Made by a program: the position numbers and the translations under genes | Notes under the pieces: model-generated | The model's database searches: none | What the model saw: only the letters and a program-made list of their open reading frames with translations | What the model was told of the DNA's origin: nothing | Shown: piece by piece, positions 1-8,170 of the stretch | Position numbering within the stretch: the stretch's first letter is position 1 | Layout: every line of letters begins with the position of its first letter | NCBI GenBank assembly: GCA_050633305.1 | Contig: JBOEGF010000024.1 | Location: 32,001 to 96,000 of the forward strand | Reading direction: 5' to 3' | Length of the DNA: 64,000 bases | DNA from: Nannocystales bacterium | GTDB lineage: Bacteria; Myxococcota_A; Polyangia; Nannocystales; Nannocystaceae

Positions 1-480
1 GGGCTCGGGTTCTCGCTTTGGGTCGACCTCTGAGCCCGGCTCCGGCACTGGCTCGGGCTCGAGCGCTGGCTCCGGAGCGGGGATCTGTGCCGGGGCGGGT
101 TCGCCGGGCTGTCCCGGATCTGGGGTTGCCTCCGGGCGCGCTCGTGGGACCGCGAGGGGGTCGAGCGTCATCACCATCAGCAGCACCGCGGTGGTCACCG
201 CCTCGGCGCACGTGTGTCCCGCGAACGTTCGCGCGGAACGTGTGCCCTCGCTCTCCAGTCGCAGCGTCACCTGGACGCCCTGCGGTGTCGTCGAGATCGC
301 GACGTCGGCCAAAAGGCGGCTCGGAGGCGTCGGGCGACCCTGCAGCTGCGTTTGCACGCGGGCCCGCACCTCCTGCGCCGCGGGGCACGAGGGCGGCGCG
401 TCCCACCGCAGGTCGAGTTGCGACGTCGTGTCGTCGGGCGTGGCCGGAACCACCGCAGCGATGAACAGCCAGCCGAGCAT
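1..480 (-). CDS. Secreted hypothetical protein with W-x-A-P-x-x-C-P N-terminal domain and Pro/Glu-rich linker (partial, runs off left edge)
   Basis: Hand translation from ATG at 480: MLGWLFIAAVVPATPDDTTSQLDLRWDAPPSCPAAQEVRARV...TCAEAVTTAVLLMV, then EPEP repeats to the window edge. Absent from the ORF track because it is truncated. Confidence 0.75.
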   Translation of the reverse strand, partial: MLGWLFIAAVVPATPDDTTSQLDLRWDAPPSCPAAQEVRARVQTQLQGRPTPPSRLLADVAISTTPQGVQVTLRLESEGTRSARTFAGHTCAEAVTTAVLLMVMTLDPLAVPRARPEATPDPGQPGEPAPAQIPAPEPALEPEPVPEPGSEVDPKREPEP

Positions 481-648
481 GCGCGGAGCGGCCGCGACGA
501 TACCAGCCTCGCTCGACGCGATCCCCGCTTCGCGCCACGCGTTCCGGGTTGCAGTCCTGGGACCAGCCCTGGGAGTCGACGACGGAGTCCGCCGCCTCGC
601 TGCTGCGCCAAGTCGTTGCTGACCAGGGCTCGCGCGGCGGGGTGACGA

Positions 649-1776
649 TCACCGGGCCGGAACGCGCACGCTCTTCGCAACCTCTCGCCGTCGCAGACTC
701 AACATCAAGGGGGTGACGGCGAGGCCCACCAGGAATCCGCCGAGGTGGGCGAACCACGCGACCTGCTTTGCACCGCTGCCGGTCCCGAAGAAGCCCATCA
801 CGATGTGGAACCCCACCCACACCAGGAGATAGACCCAGACCGGGATCTTCAACTGGATCCACAGCACGACCTGAAAAAGCCGCTGCCGCGGGAACGCCCA
901 CAGGTATGCGGCCAACACCCCGGCGATCGAGCCGGACGCGCCGACGACGACGGTGGCTGTCTCGTGGGTCAGGAACGTGTGCAGGAGGCCGGCGAGCAAA
1001 CCCGTGACGACGAAGAACAGCGCGAAACGAACGCGACCGAACAGGTGCTCGATGTTGTCGCCGAAGGTGTAGAGGAAGTACGCGTTGCCCAGGATGTGCG
1101 CCAGGCTGCCGTGCATGAACATGTACGAGGGCAGCGTGTACCAGTCGAGGTTCTGCTTGAAGCGGCCTGGGATGATGCCGTAGTAGATCGTGTCGAGCTG
1201 TTCGAACTCCTGCATCCCGAACACCACCGCGAACACCACCAGCAGCGTGTAGACGATCCACGGTGTGCCGCGCCCGGGGTTCTCGACCTCCACCGGGAGG
1301 TGGGTGAGAACCTGCGCCGCCCAGATCGCACCTCGCTTGAGCCAGCGTTCGGTCCGGGTGCCCTGACCCTCGCTGGTCGTGGCCTTGGCGAGCTTGCGGC
1401 GCTCGTGCCCGTCGAGCCAGATCCCCCCGCAGCTCAAGCAGCGATCGACGGGGGTCCGGATGATCCCGGGGAGGCCATGCTCCTTCATCGGCCCGTGGCC
1501 GTGCGGGCACGGGCGTTGGGTCTCCTCAGCTTGCGGGTCGAGGATGTCCTCGACGCCTTCCAGGGACCCGGCCAGGGTGTTCAGTTCGCCTGCGTCAAAC
1601 CACGCCCCAAAACAAACCGGGCAGGCGTCGATCTGAACGTCGGCCTTGCTCGTATCCACCTTGCTACGGCGGAACCATCCGGGTTTGTCGACTTGGACCC
1701 AGTTTGCTTTGGCGTCACGTTGCAGGTGCACGGGCACCAACGCGCTGAGTCCGCATGAGGGGCACTGGGCGGACAC
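649..1776 (-). CDS. Rhomboid intramembrane serine protease with N-terminal Zn-ribbon (zf-TFIIB-like) repeats
   Basis: CPSC, CPVCFGAWFDAGEL and CLSCGGIWLD ribbons. Rhomboid motifs FMHGSLAHILGN, GASG (catalytic Ser) and AHLGG (catalytic His). Start at GTG 1776 is estimated; the ORF extension to 2235 overlaps the opposite-strand gene. Confidence 0.9.
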   Translation of the reverse strand: MSAQCPSCGLSALVPVHLQRDAKANWVQVDKPGWFRRSKVDTSKADVQIDACPVCFGAWFDAGELNTLAGSLEGVEDILDPQAEETQRPCPHGHGPMKEHGLPGIIRTPVDRCLSCGGIWLDGHERRKLAKATTSEGQGTRTERWLKRGAIWAAQVLTHLPVEVENPGRGTPWIVYTLLVVFAVVFGMQEFEQLDTIYYGIIPGRFKQNLDWYTLPSYMFMHGSLAHILGNAYFLYTFGDNIEHLFGRVRFALFFVVTGLLAGLLHTFLTHETATVVVGASGSIAGVLAAYLWAFPRQRLFQVVLWIQLKIPVWVYLLVWVGFHIVMGFFGTGSGAKQVAWFAHLGGFLVGLAVTPLMLSLRRREVAKSVRVPAR

Positions 1777-1942
1777 CTCATGGTGATGGGTCAATGTAGC
1801 CGGCTTGCTCACAACCTGCGCGCGATCATAGCCGCGTGCCGAAGAATACGGAATAATCGCGGTGCGGTCGTCGTCTGAACTCACCGCATGCAATGGACGC
1901 CCGACGCAGGGGCGCTCTGACGGCTTGTCTGGGAAACGCACT

Positions 1943-2464
1943 ATGAACGCAAACAGGGTGGCACTCGTTCGAAATCTCGGTCTCTTCGCGGTCGCGGCTG
2001 CGATGTCTTTCGGCGCTGTGGCCTGCAAGAAGCCCAGCAAGGGCCGCAGTGGGAAGCGCACCGTCAAGGCGACCATCGCCGAGTTCGACCCCTCCGCGAT
2101 GTCCGTCGACCTCGACAAGTACGGAACCGAGCGCGTGGACGACTGGGAAGTCCAGCAGGCGTTCAACCGCTCGTTCGACAGCCTCGACTCCTGCGTCATG
2201 AAGGCCAAGAAGAAACACGGCGTGGGGGCTGACAACGCGCTCGACGGCGATGTGGACTTTGCGGTTCAGCTCAACCCCAAGGCCGACAAGCCGTTCGCGG
2301 TCAACGCCACGCTCAGCGCGGCCAAGTGGGACAAGGATTCCGACCTCAAAGACTGCCTGCGCGATGCGGTCGCGGGGGTCGGGTTCCCCACCTACGACGG
2401 ACCGCCACAAGTTGCCGAGTTCTCCACCCAACTCGACCCCGGGTCCGACTGGGAAGAAGAGTAG
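1943..2464 (+). CDS. Lipoprotein with AgmX/PglI C-terminal (TonB_C-like) domain
   Basis: Lipobox FGAVAC. The C-terminal pattern SCV...GDVDFAVQL...LKDCLRDAVAGVGFP is typical of this myxobacterial domain. Confidence 0.7.
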   Translation: MNANRVALVRNLGLFAVAAAMSFGAVACKKPSKGRSGKRTVKATIAEFDPSAMSVDLDKYGTERVDDWEVQQAFNRSFDSLDSCVMKAKKKHGVGADNALDGDVDFAVQLNPKADKPFAVNATLSAAKWDKDSDLKDCLRDAVAGVGFPTYDGPPQVAEFSTQLDPGSDWEEE

Positions 2465-2486
2465 GGCGCACCGAGCCGAGCGCACC

Positions 2487-2518
2487 GAGCCGCGAGCGAA
2501 TGACGCCCGCGGCTTTTT
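2487..2518 (+). terminator. Rho-independent terminator
   Basis: AGCCGCG...CGCGGCT stem followed by a T tract, just after the stop at 2464. Confidence 0.55.
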
Positions 2519-2599
2519 CGTGTGCACCAGTCCACGGCCGGTGGCCCGGATTCCCCCGAGCGGTAGGGTAGGGTGCGCGGCGAGGAGGCGTGCCCACCG

Positions 2600-3631
2600 A
2601 TGCGAAAGCTCTGCCAGACCGAAGACCGAGCCCGTGCCGAACACATCGCCGACGGTCTCCGCGTCGCTGGAATTGACGCCGAAGTCCGTGGCGACGTGGA
2701 CACCCCGAGTGTCTGGGTCATCGAGCATGAGCAGCTGACGCAAGCTCGAGCTTGGGTCGACGCGCACGGGGCGGACGAGGTCGGTGCGTTCGCCGGCCGT
2801 GCGGAAAAACTGCGGAAGGCTGCCGCACGCGAGCACGCCGACCACGTCCAGCGGCAAGTGTCGGTGGGCGCGGGCTGGCGGGCTGCTCCGGGAGGACTGA
2901 CGCCCATCACCATGGCGCTCATCGGGGGCTCGGTCATCATCGCGTTGATGGGCTACCTCGGCCTCGCGGGCGACGACACCATGTGGTCGCTGACCATCGA
3001 TCACTACGACGTGCTCGTCCCGCTTCAGCGCATCCGAGATGGCGAGGTGTGGCGGCTGCTCACGCCGATGTTCCTGCACTTCGGCGTGTTGCATCTGGTG
3101 TTCAACATGATGTGGATGTGGAACCTGGGGCCGCAGGTGGAGAGCAACCACGGGTCGCTGTTGATGGTCGTCCTCGTCGTGGTGAGCGAAGTTGCTGGAA
3201 ACCTGGCGCAGTACGCCGTCACCGGGCCGGCCTTCGGCGGCATGTCCGGGGTGGTGTACGCGTTGTTTGGCTTCGTCTGGATGGGAGCGCAGTACGACCG
3301 CAAGTACCAATACGCGTTGTCGGACGGCAACGCGGTGCTGATGATGGGGTGGTTTGTGCTGTGCGCGACCGGGTTCGTCGGCCCCATCGCCAACCTCGGC
3401 CATGCCGGCGGACTCGTCGTTGGCCTGTTGTTCGGACTTCCCGCCTATGTTCGTCAGGTCCGTGCGGTGGGGTTCGGACAACGGTTTGAGAAGGGCAGCT
3501 GGGGCGACGTACAGCTCAAGGGCTGGCGTTGGGTTCAGCTCCGGGTGCTGCGGCCCTATCTCCCGCTGTGGTTCTTGTTGCTCGCGGGCCTCGTGGTGCT
3601 TGTGGAGCTGGCCGACAACGGCCTGCTCTGA
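2600..3631 (+). CDS. glpG: GlpG-like rhomboid protease with soluble N-terminal domain
   Basis: WRLLTPMFLHFGVLHLVFNMMW, GMSGVVYALFG (catalytic Ser) and NLGHAGG (His). GAGGAGG upstream of ATG 2600. Confidence 0.88.
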   Translation: MRKLCQTEDRARAEHIADGLRVAGIDAEVRGDVDTPSVWVIEHEQLTQARAWVDAHGADEVGAFAGRAEKLRKAAAREHADHVQRQVSVGAGWRAAPGGLTPITMALIGGSVIIALMGYLGLAGDDTMWSLTIDHYDVLVPLQRIRDGEVWRLLTPMFLHFGVLHLVFNMMWMWNLGPQVESNHGSLLMVVLVVVSEVAGNLAQYAVTGPAFGGMSGVVYALFGFVWMGAQYDRKYQYALSDGNAVLMMGWFVLCATGFVGPIANLGHAGGLVVGLLFGLPAYVRQVRAVGFGQRFEKGSWGDVQLKGWRWVQLRVLRPYLPLWFLLLAGLVVLVELADNGLL

Positions 3632-3637
3632 GCAGGG

Positions 3638-3749
3638 GGTTCTACCGCCACGAGGGGCGCGTCCCCGTACGGGAGACCGCGTGTTGCGGTTTCAGCGAAG
3701 GGCAGCGTCTGACTCCGCAGGTCTGCGGAGTCGAGACGGCGGTGGAGCC
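3638..3749 (+). ncRNA. Candidate structured RNA with retron msr/msd-like topology
   Basis: 12-bp closing stem 3638-3649/3738-3749 with two G-U pairs, enclosing hairpins 3654-3666, 3673-3693 and a long hairpin 3706-3738. Confidence 0.45.
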
Positions 3750-3910
3750 AGCGCTGGCTCGGGGGGGGCTCCGCGATTGGGGTCGCGCTCGCGGGCGATC
3801 ACGAATGCACAGGACAGGCCGCCGACGACCCGACGTACTGACCGGGCGCGTCCGCTCCTGGCACCACCCACCAGGCGGCTTGGGCATCGGAGCTGTGGAC
3901 TCCTGGTCCC

Positions 3911-4205
3911 GTGGTCACAAGCGCTGGCGTGTCTGCGCTGTTGCTCGACGAGTTGTTCGACGAAGCGGAGCCCCGGTTCCTGTTCGAGGTTCTGGCCAGC
4001 ACCCTCGAAAAGAGGCTCGGGGGGCTCGCGCGCAAGTTGTTCGAGGACTCGCGACCCGTCACGCGCTCGATGCTGCTCGCGTACGTCGACGACGGTTGCG
4101 ACCGACCGCACCGCCGAGCGCCGTTCAAGCTGGCTGTTCAAGCTGGCTGAAACGGCGGGCGACGACGAGCTGATGGCCCAACTGAGGTTCGCGTGCGATC
4201 GCGAG
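3911..4205 (+). pseudogene. Frameshifted, truncated remnant of a helical-repeat (HEAT/ARM-like) hypothetical protein
   Basis: Frame 1 LLLDELFDEAEPRFLFEVL...LLAYVDDGCDRPH continues in another frame as LFKLAETAGDDELMAQLRFACDR. The switch coincides with a perfect 13-bp tandem repeat GTTCAAGCTGGCT at 4123-4148. Confidence 0.6.
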
Positions 4206-4253
4206 GAAAGCCCCCTCCTGATCGAACTCGCGCATGTGGTCGCACGCCGCATG

Positions 4254-4724
4254 TCACATCATCGCCGCGGAAGCCCCGATGACGACGGCGATGACAAGGC
4301 CGACCGCATAGATCCCAAGCGTGACCGCCATGCAGAGGCCCGTGAAGCGCCAGAACGACTTTTGGTGTTCCAGGGCGTTCTCCAACGCCTCGACTCCATA
4401 GCCCGCCTGGAGCGCGCGGATCGAACCCCGGTAGCGGAACAAAATGTTGGCCCCGACGCCGTAGAGCAGCGCCGGAATGACGTAGATGAGGCCGAACAAC
4501 CGACCCCCCGGAACTCCGGCTGGAGCAGAAAGCAGCAGTCCGAACGCGGCGATGACCATGAATGCCGCGCCGATGAAACCAAGGACGGCCAAGAACGTGA
4601 CCCACGGCCGGGTCTCGCTCATCGCGGCCAAGATCCGGGGCGTGACCACGTCGTCGCCGCCGTGCCCGTCTCGCGCAAGGGGTGGGCCATCGGAGATCGG
4701 GGAAGAGTAGGGATTCACAGACAC
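4254..4724 (-). CDS. Small membrane protein (DUF5362-like)
   Basis: NPYSSP start, TRPWVTFLAVLGFIG, QKSFWRFTG and three hydrophobic segments. Confidence 0.75.
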   Translation of the reverse strand: MSVNPYSSPISDGPPLARDGHGGDDVVTPRILAAMSETRPWVTFLAVLGFIGAAFMVIAAFGLLLSAPAGVPGGRLFGLIYVIPALLYGVGANILFRYRGSIRALQAGYGVEALENALEHQKSFWRFTGLCMAVTLGIYAVGLVIAVVIGASAAMM

Positions 4725-4802
4725 AGGCTCGATCGAAACCTAACACCGCGTTCCCGTATTTCCGATCGACACCACGCGTTGGGGACACCCCCCTAAACCA
4801 GT

Positions 4803-6110
4803 TTAGACGCTCAAAAATACAGACTCTGCCTCCGGTCCTGCTTTCCACAACCCGGTCGACAGCTGCCCGAGCATCTGGTCGCGGTGGGCGGGAGATGGAA
4901 GGCCCAAGGCACGACAGATCGCACGGGGGTGGGGGGCCTGGGTCCGCTTGAGCAGCGTATCTACGGACTCTTCGAGCGCCTCGCGAACCCGAGTGCCCTC
5001 GGCCGGAGACAACTTCGACATCAACCAGTCGTGAAGATCCCAAGCCAAAGCTGCGTGCCGAAGCTCGTCGGGGGCGATCGACCGCATGGCCGCCGCAACA
5101 CTTGGGTCGGCTGCGCGTTCGCTCTGATGAAACGCGATCAGGGCAGCCGCGGTCTCCCTTACACATCCCTCCACTGCATTCTCGATGGCGATCTCGAGCA
5201 TCGAACGCAGCGCAACGGGTCGCTCTCGTGGTTCGGCAGGAAGCCTCGCATGCTGTTCGCAAAGGCTTCGAACGATTCGGGCGTGGCGGGCCTCATCCTC
5301 GGAAGCATCGCGAACACGCCGGAGCATCGGCTCGGGGCACCCCAGCTCGCCCAGTTCCTGCGCCAACCGGTCAAACGCGAGAACGGACGCCGCCTCGCTG
5401 AAGTACGCATGAGCCAGCACGTCTGCGAGGTCTTGGTCGGGTTGTCCGCGGCGCATAGGCTCGATGCATGCGTGCCCTCGCCCGCCCATTTCGAAGACGG
5501 AATAGCAGCACGTCATCGCGACGCCCCCTTCGGCATCGAGCTCTGAGAACTCGCACGCACCCTGTAGCGGTTCCCCACCGGCCTCGGAATCGGACACGTT
5601 ACACAACACCGCCGCACATAGGTCGTCGCAAATGAGGTCGACATCGTCCCAACCGATGCCGGCGCTGGTCGAACCTCCGCCATCGCTCCTCGTACCGCTC
5701 GACGACCCCGCACCGCCCGACGACCCTGACCCAGAGTCGTCGCCGTCGCCGTCGGAGTCAGGCCCGGGGTAGCCAGTCTCCGAGTTCGTACCTTCGCAGG
5801 TCAGGTCGATCGACTCTCGCGACTCCAAGTAACTGTCGACCGTCGGGAAGTAGGCCCGCTCGCTCTTGTTCGAATCGCAGAAGCCCGCGGCTGGTGTGGT
5901 GCCGCTCGTCGTCGTGGCTGAAGTTGGGAGCGTCGTGGCCGTTCCTGACGTCGACCCTGTTGATACGTCGTTGCCTTCCGACGACGACGCACCATCGGTG
6001 TCCCCATCTCCCGACGGTGGGTCAACCGCGGGTCCGCAACCCGACAAGATGCTCGCGAACACGGCAGTCAGGTAGCGATGACGAGAAGCGGTACTCGATG
6101 GTTGGGACAC
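4803..6110 (-). CDS. Lipoprotein with Ser/Thr/Gly linkers, Cys-rich region and C-terminal ferritin-like di-iron domain
   Basis: Lipobox ILSGC, GGRGH junction, and EAASVLAF, DEARHA, NAVEGCVRET, DELRHA carboxylate/His motifs. Start is estimated. Confidence 0.8.
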   Translation of the reverse strand: MSQPSSTASRHRYLTAVFASILSGCGPAVDPPSGDGDTDGASSSEGNDVSTGSTSGTATTLPTSATTTSGTTPAAGFCDSNKSERAYFPTVDSYLESRESIDLTCEGTNSETGYPGPDSDGDGDDSGSGSSGGAGSSSGTRSDGGGSTSAGIGWDDVDLICDDLCAAVLCNVSDSEAGGEPLQGACEFSELDAEGGVAMTCCYSVFEMGGRGHACIEPMRRGQPDQDLADVLAHAYFSEAASVLAFDRLAQELGELGCPEPMLRRVRDASEDEARHARIVRSLCEQHARLPAEPRERPVALRSMLEIAIENAVEGCVRETAAALIAFHQSERAADPSVAAAMRSIAPDELRHAALAWDLHDWLMSKLSPAEGTRVREALEESVDTLLKRTQAPHPRAICRALGLPSPAHRDQMLGQLSTGLWKAGPEAESVFLSV

Positions 6111-6478
6111 GTATGCGACCAACGCAAGCCCCGTGCCGCCGATTCTGGTTCGAGAGATTCTGGGATCTTGGCGACTGCGTGCTGACCACCACCACGACAG
6201 CAGTGTCGTTGACCCGGTCATGTCGCGTTCGGCATCTCGGGTGGGGACATGCCGGGGGCCACCTGATCTCCCCGCTCAAGTCCCGCCCCGCGGGTCGATG
6301 GCCGAGCATGCGGCTGCAAATCTCGCTTGGATGCGTGCCGCTCGCGGTCGGAGGTTGTGAACAGGACGCTTCGGGGCGACCTATGCCCAGACCCCTCTGT
6401 CAGGGTCGTTGCAGCATGAACCGGGCGACGGCGTAGAAGCCGGAGTCTGCGGCAGAGGGCAATAACTGGGCAAAGACC

Positions 6479-6615
6479 ATGGCGTATTCGGTCGCCTTCA
6501 AGGCGCGCATGATCGGAAAAATGACGGGCCGCGGAGCGGTCACGGGGACAGCATTGGCGGATGAAACTGGGGGTTCGCAATGCACGTTGTCGCGGTGGAA
6601 GCGAGAGGCGAGTCG
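6479..6615 (+). mobile_element. IS3-family transposase OrfA (HTH) remnant
   Basis: MAYSVAFKARMIGKMTGRGAVTGTALADETGGSQCTLSRWKREA matches the HTH_Tnp_1 pattern. No DDE OrfB follows. Confidence 0.6.
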
Positions 6616-6697
6616 CGTGCTCGACGTCGAGAACTGGTCCTCGAGCGTATCGTTGCGTCGACCTCGCTCACGAGCTTCATCGCCAGCGCGAAGGCGA

Positions 6698-6730
6698 GGA
6701 CAGTGTCCGAATACATGGACAGTGTCCGAA
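6698..6730. promoter_or_regulatory. Duplicated palindromic operator-like motif
   Basis: GGACAGTGTCCGAA at 6698-6711 and 6717-6730, each containing the palindrome GGACA-G-TGTCC, about 40 bp upstream of ATG 6773. Confidence 0.4.
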
Positions 6731-6772
6731 CGCATCGGCACTCTTGGCGCGCCAACCCTACGGAGCCGCGCC

Positions 6773-7732
6773 ATGAACCAGCATCCCCTCGCAGAACGAA
6801 CCGAGCAAGTCCGTGACGACCTGCAGAAGGCCATTGGCGACGAGGACTTCGCGACCCTCGTCCGACTCGCCGACGAGCACGGAGTGGGCATCTTCGCGGA
6901 GCCCTTCGACGACGGAACGGTACCCGTCGTCGACTTGTGCGAGATCTGGCCCGATGACATCAACCCGGCAGAGTTGTGGGCGTTCATCGAGCGCGTGGTC
7001 GGTCAACCGTTCGAGCGCGAGGTCCTCGACGAGGTCGTCCGGAGTGTGCTCATCAACAGCGGCTTCGAGATCGAATGGCAACGCGACAGCCTCCGTGGTT
7101 TCGTCGAGCGTGGCTTCGACCCCAGCGAGCCGATCGGCGAGGACGACCCCTGCTTGTTCGCCTTTCTTGCCGCCTTCCCCATCGTTGAGTTGGTCGGCGC
7201 GGCGGAGGAGTTGGGGGTGACGGAAGAGGCTCGGACCGACGCGGCCGTCGCCGCGGTCGCGCAAGCCAGGCTCCGCGCTGGTCGCGTCGATTCGGAGAAG
7301 GTGGCGTTCGCCCTGCGGTTGGTCGCCTCGTGTGCAAGCATGCACGCCGAGCCGCGTAGTTTCGGCATGCCCCTGCTGCATACTGCGGCGGCCTACGGCT
7401 GTTTCGAGGTGTTCGAAGCCGTGGTGTCACGAGCCGAGGACCTCGACGCGCCCATCCCGAAGTCGAGGCCCTGGGCCGCGCCGTACCTCGGCACGGACGA
7501 CGACTTCGATGTGAAGAAGGGCCTCACCGTCGCGACCCTGCTGAACAACTGGGAGCGCGCCCTCGCGAAGGCGGAGAAGAAGGCCAAAAAAAACGACGAC
7601 TCGAGAGCCGACGAGCGTGCGTTCTTCTCGAACTTCATCGAGCGTGCGAAGGCGTTGCTCGCGGAGCGTGGCGTGGCTCCCCGGACGAACCGCGCTAGCG
7701 CGGACACCTGCTCCTCGGGAAGGCCAACTTGA
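6773..7732 (+). CDS. Hypothetical protein with an ankyrin-like motif
   Basis: GC3-rich coding from ATG 6773. GMPLLHTAAAYGCFEVFEAVV resembles an ankyrin repeat. Confidence 0.7.
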   Translation: MNQHPLAERTEQVRDDLQKAIGDEDFATLVRLADEHGVGIFAEPFDDGTVPVVDLCEIWPDDINPAELWAFIERVVGQPFEREVLDEVVRSVLINSGFEIEWQRDSLRGFVERGFDPSEPIGEDDPCLFAFLAAFPIVELVGAAEELGVTEEARTDAAVAAVAQARLRAGRVDSEKVAFALRLVASCASMHAEPRSFGMPLLHTAAAYGCFEVFEAVVSRAEDLDAPIPKSRPWAAPYLGTDDDFDVKKGLTVATLLNNWERALAKAEKKAKKNDDSRADERAFFSNFIERAKALLAERGVAPRTNRASADTCSSGRPT

Positions 7733-8043
7733 CGCCCGAGACCTGCGACGAGACGGTGCATGTGCGAGACGCCGCTCGGGGCCGCGTCCAGCAGATGGAG
7801 GTCGCGCAGCCTCCGACGTAGCGTACGGTCGAGCCCGATCGCATCACAAAGCGCGGCCGTCGCGGGCTCAGGGTCGAGCCACGCCGCCAGTTGCCACGCC
7901 CGCCGCATGGGTCCATCGAGACGCTCCCAGAGCGCCTGAAGGGCCTGCGAAACGGTTGTTCCGTAGCGAACCTTGTCGCTCACTTCCTCCGCTGCGTCTC
8001 CGCCAGACTTCAGCTCTCGGGAGATGTCGGTTGGGCTCTCCAA
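7726..8043 (-). pseudogene. Fragment of a STAND/NB-ARC NTPase (winged-helix region)
   Basis: RYGTTVSQALQALWERLD...LAAWLDPEP...LRDLHLL...MHRLV resembles the post-NB-ARC WHD with an MHxLV motif. No P-loop or TPR part is present. Confidence 0.5.
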
Positions 8044-8170
8044 CCGGTGTTGGTCATCGTCGGCGTTCCTGATGGATGGTCGCTCGCCCCTCGAGCGCAG
8101 GTTGGAGCAAGCCCGTCATGTCGGTCGTTTGCGACGCACTCTGCAGACCGTTTCAAACCGATCGGCGCTG

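Noticed and set aside
3638..3749. tRNA or self-cleaving ribozyme reading of the four-way structure
   Set aside because: No T-loop (TTCG) or D-loop consensus, wrong stem lengths and no hammerhead core on either strand.
6308..6436. Short lipobox-like peptide MRLQISLGCVPLAVGGC
   Set aside because: Too short and without supporting codon bias. It could be a relic but cannot be supported.
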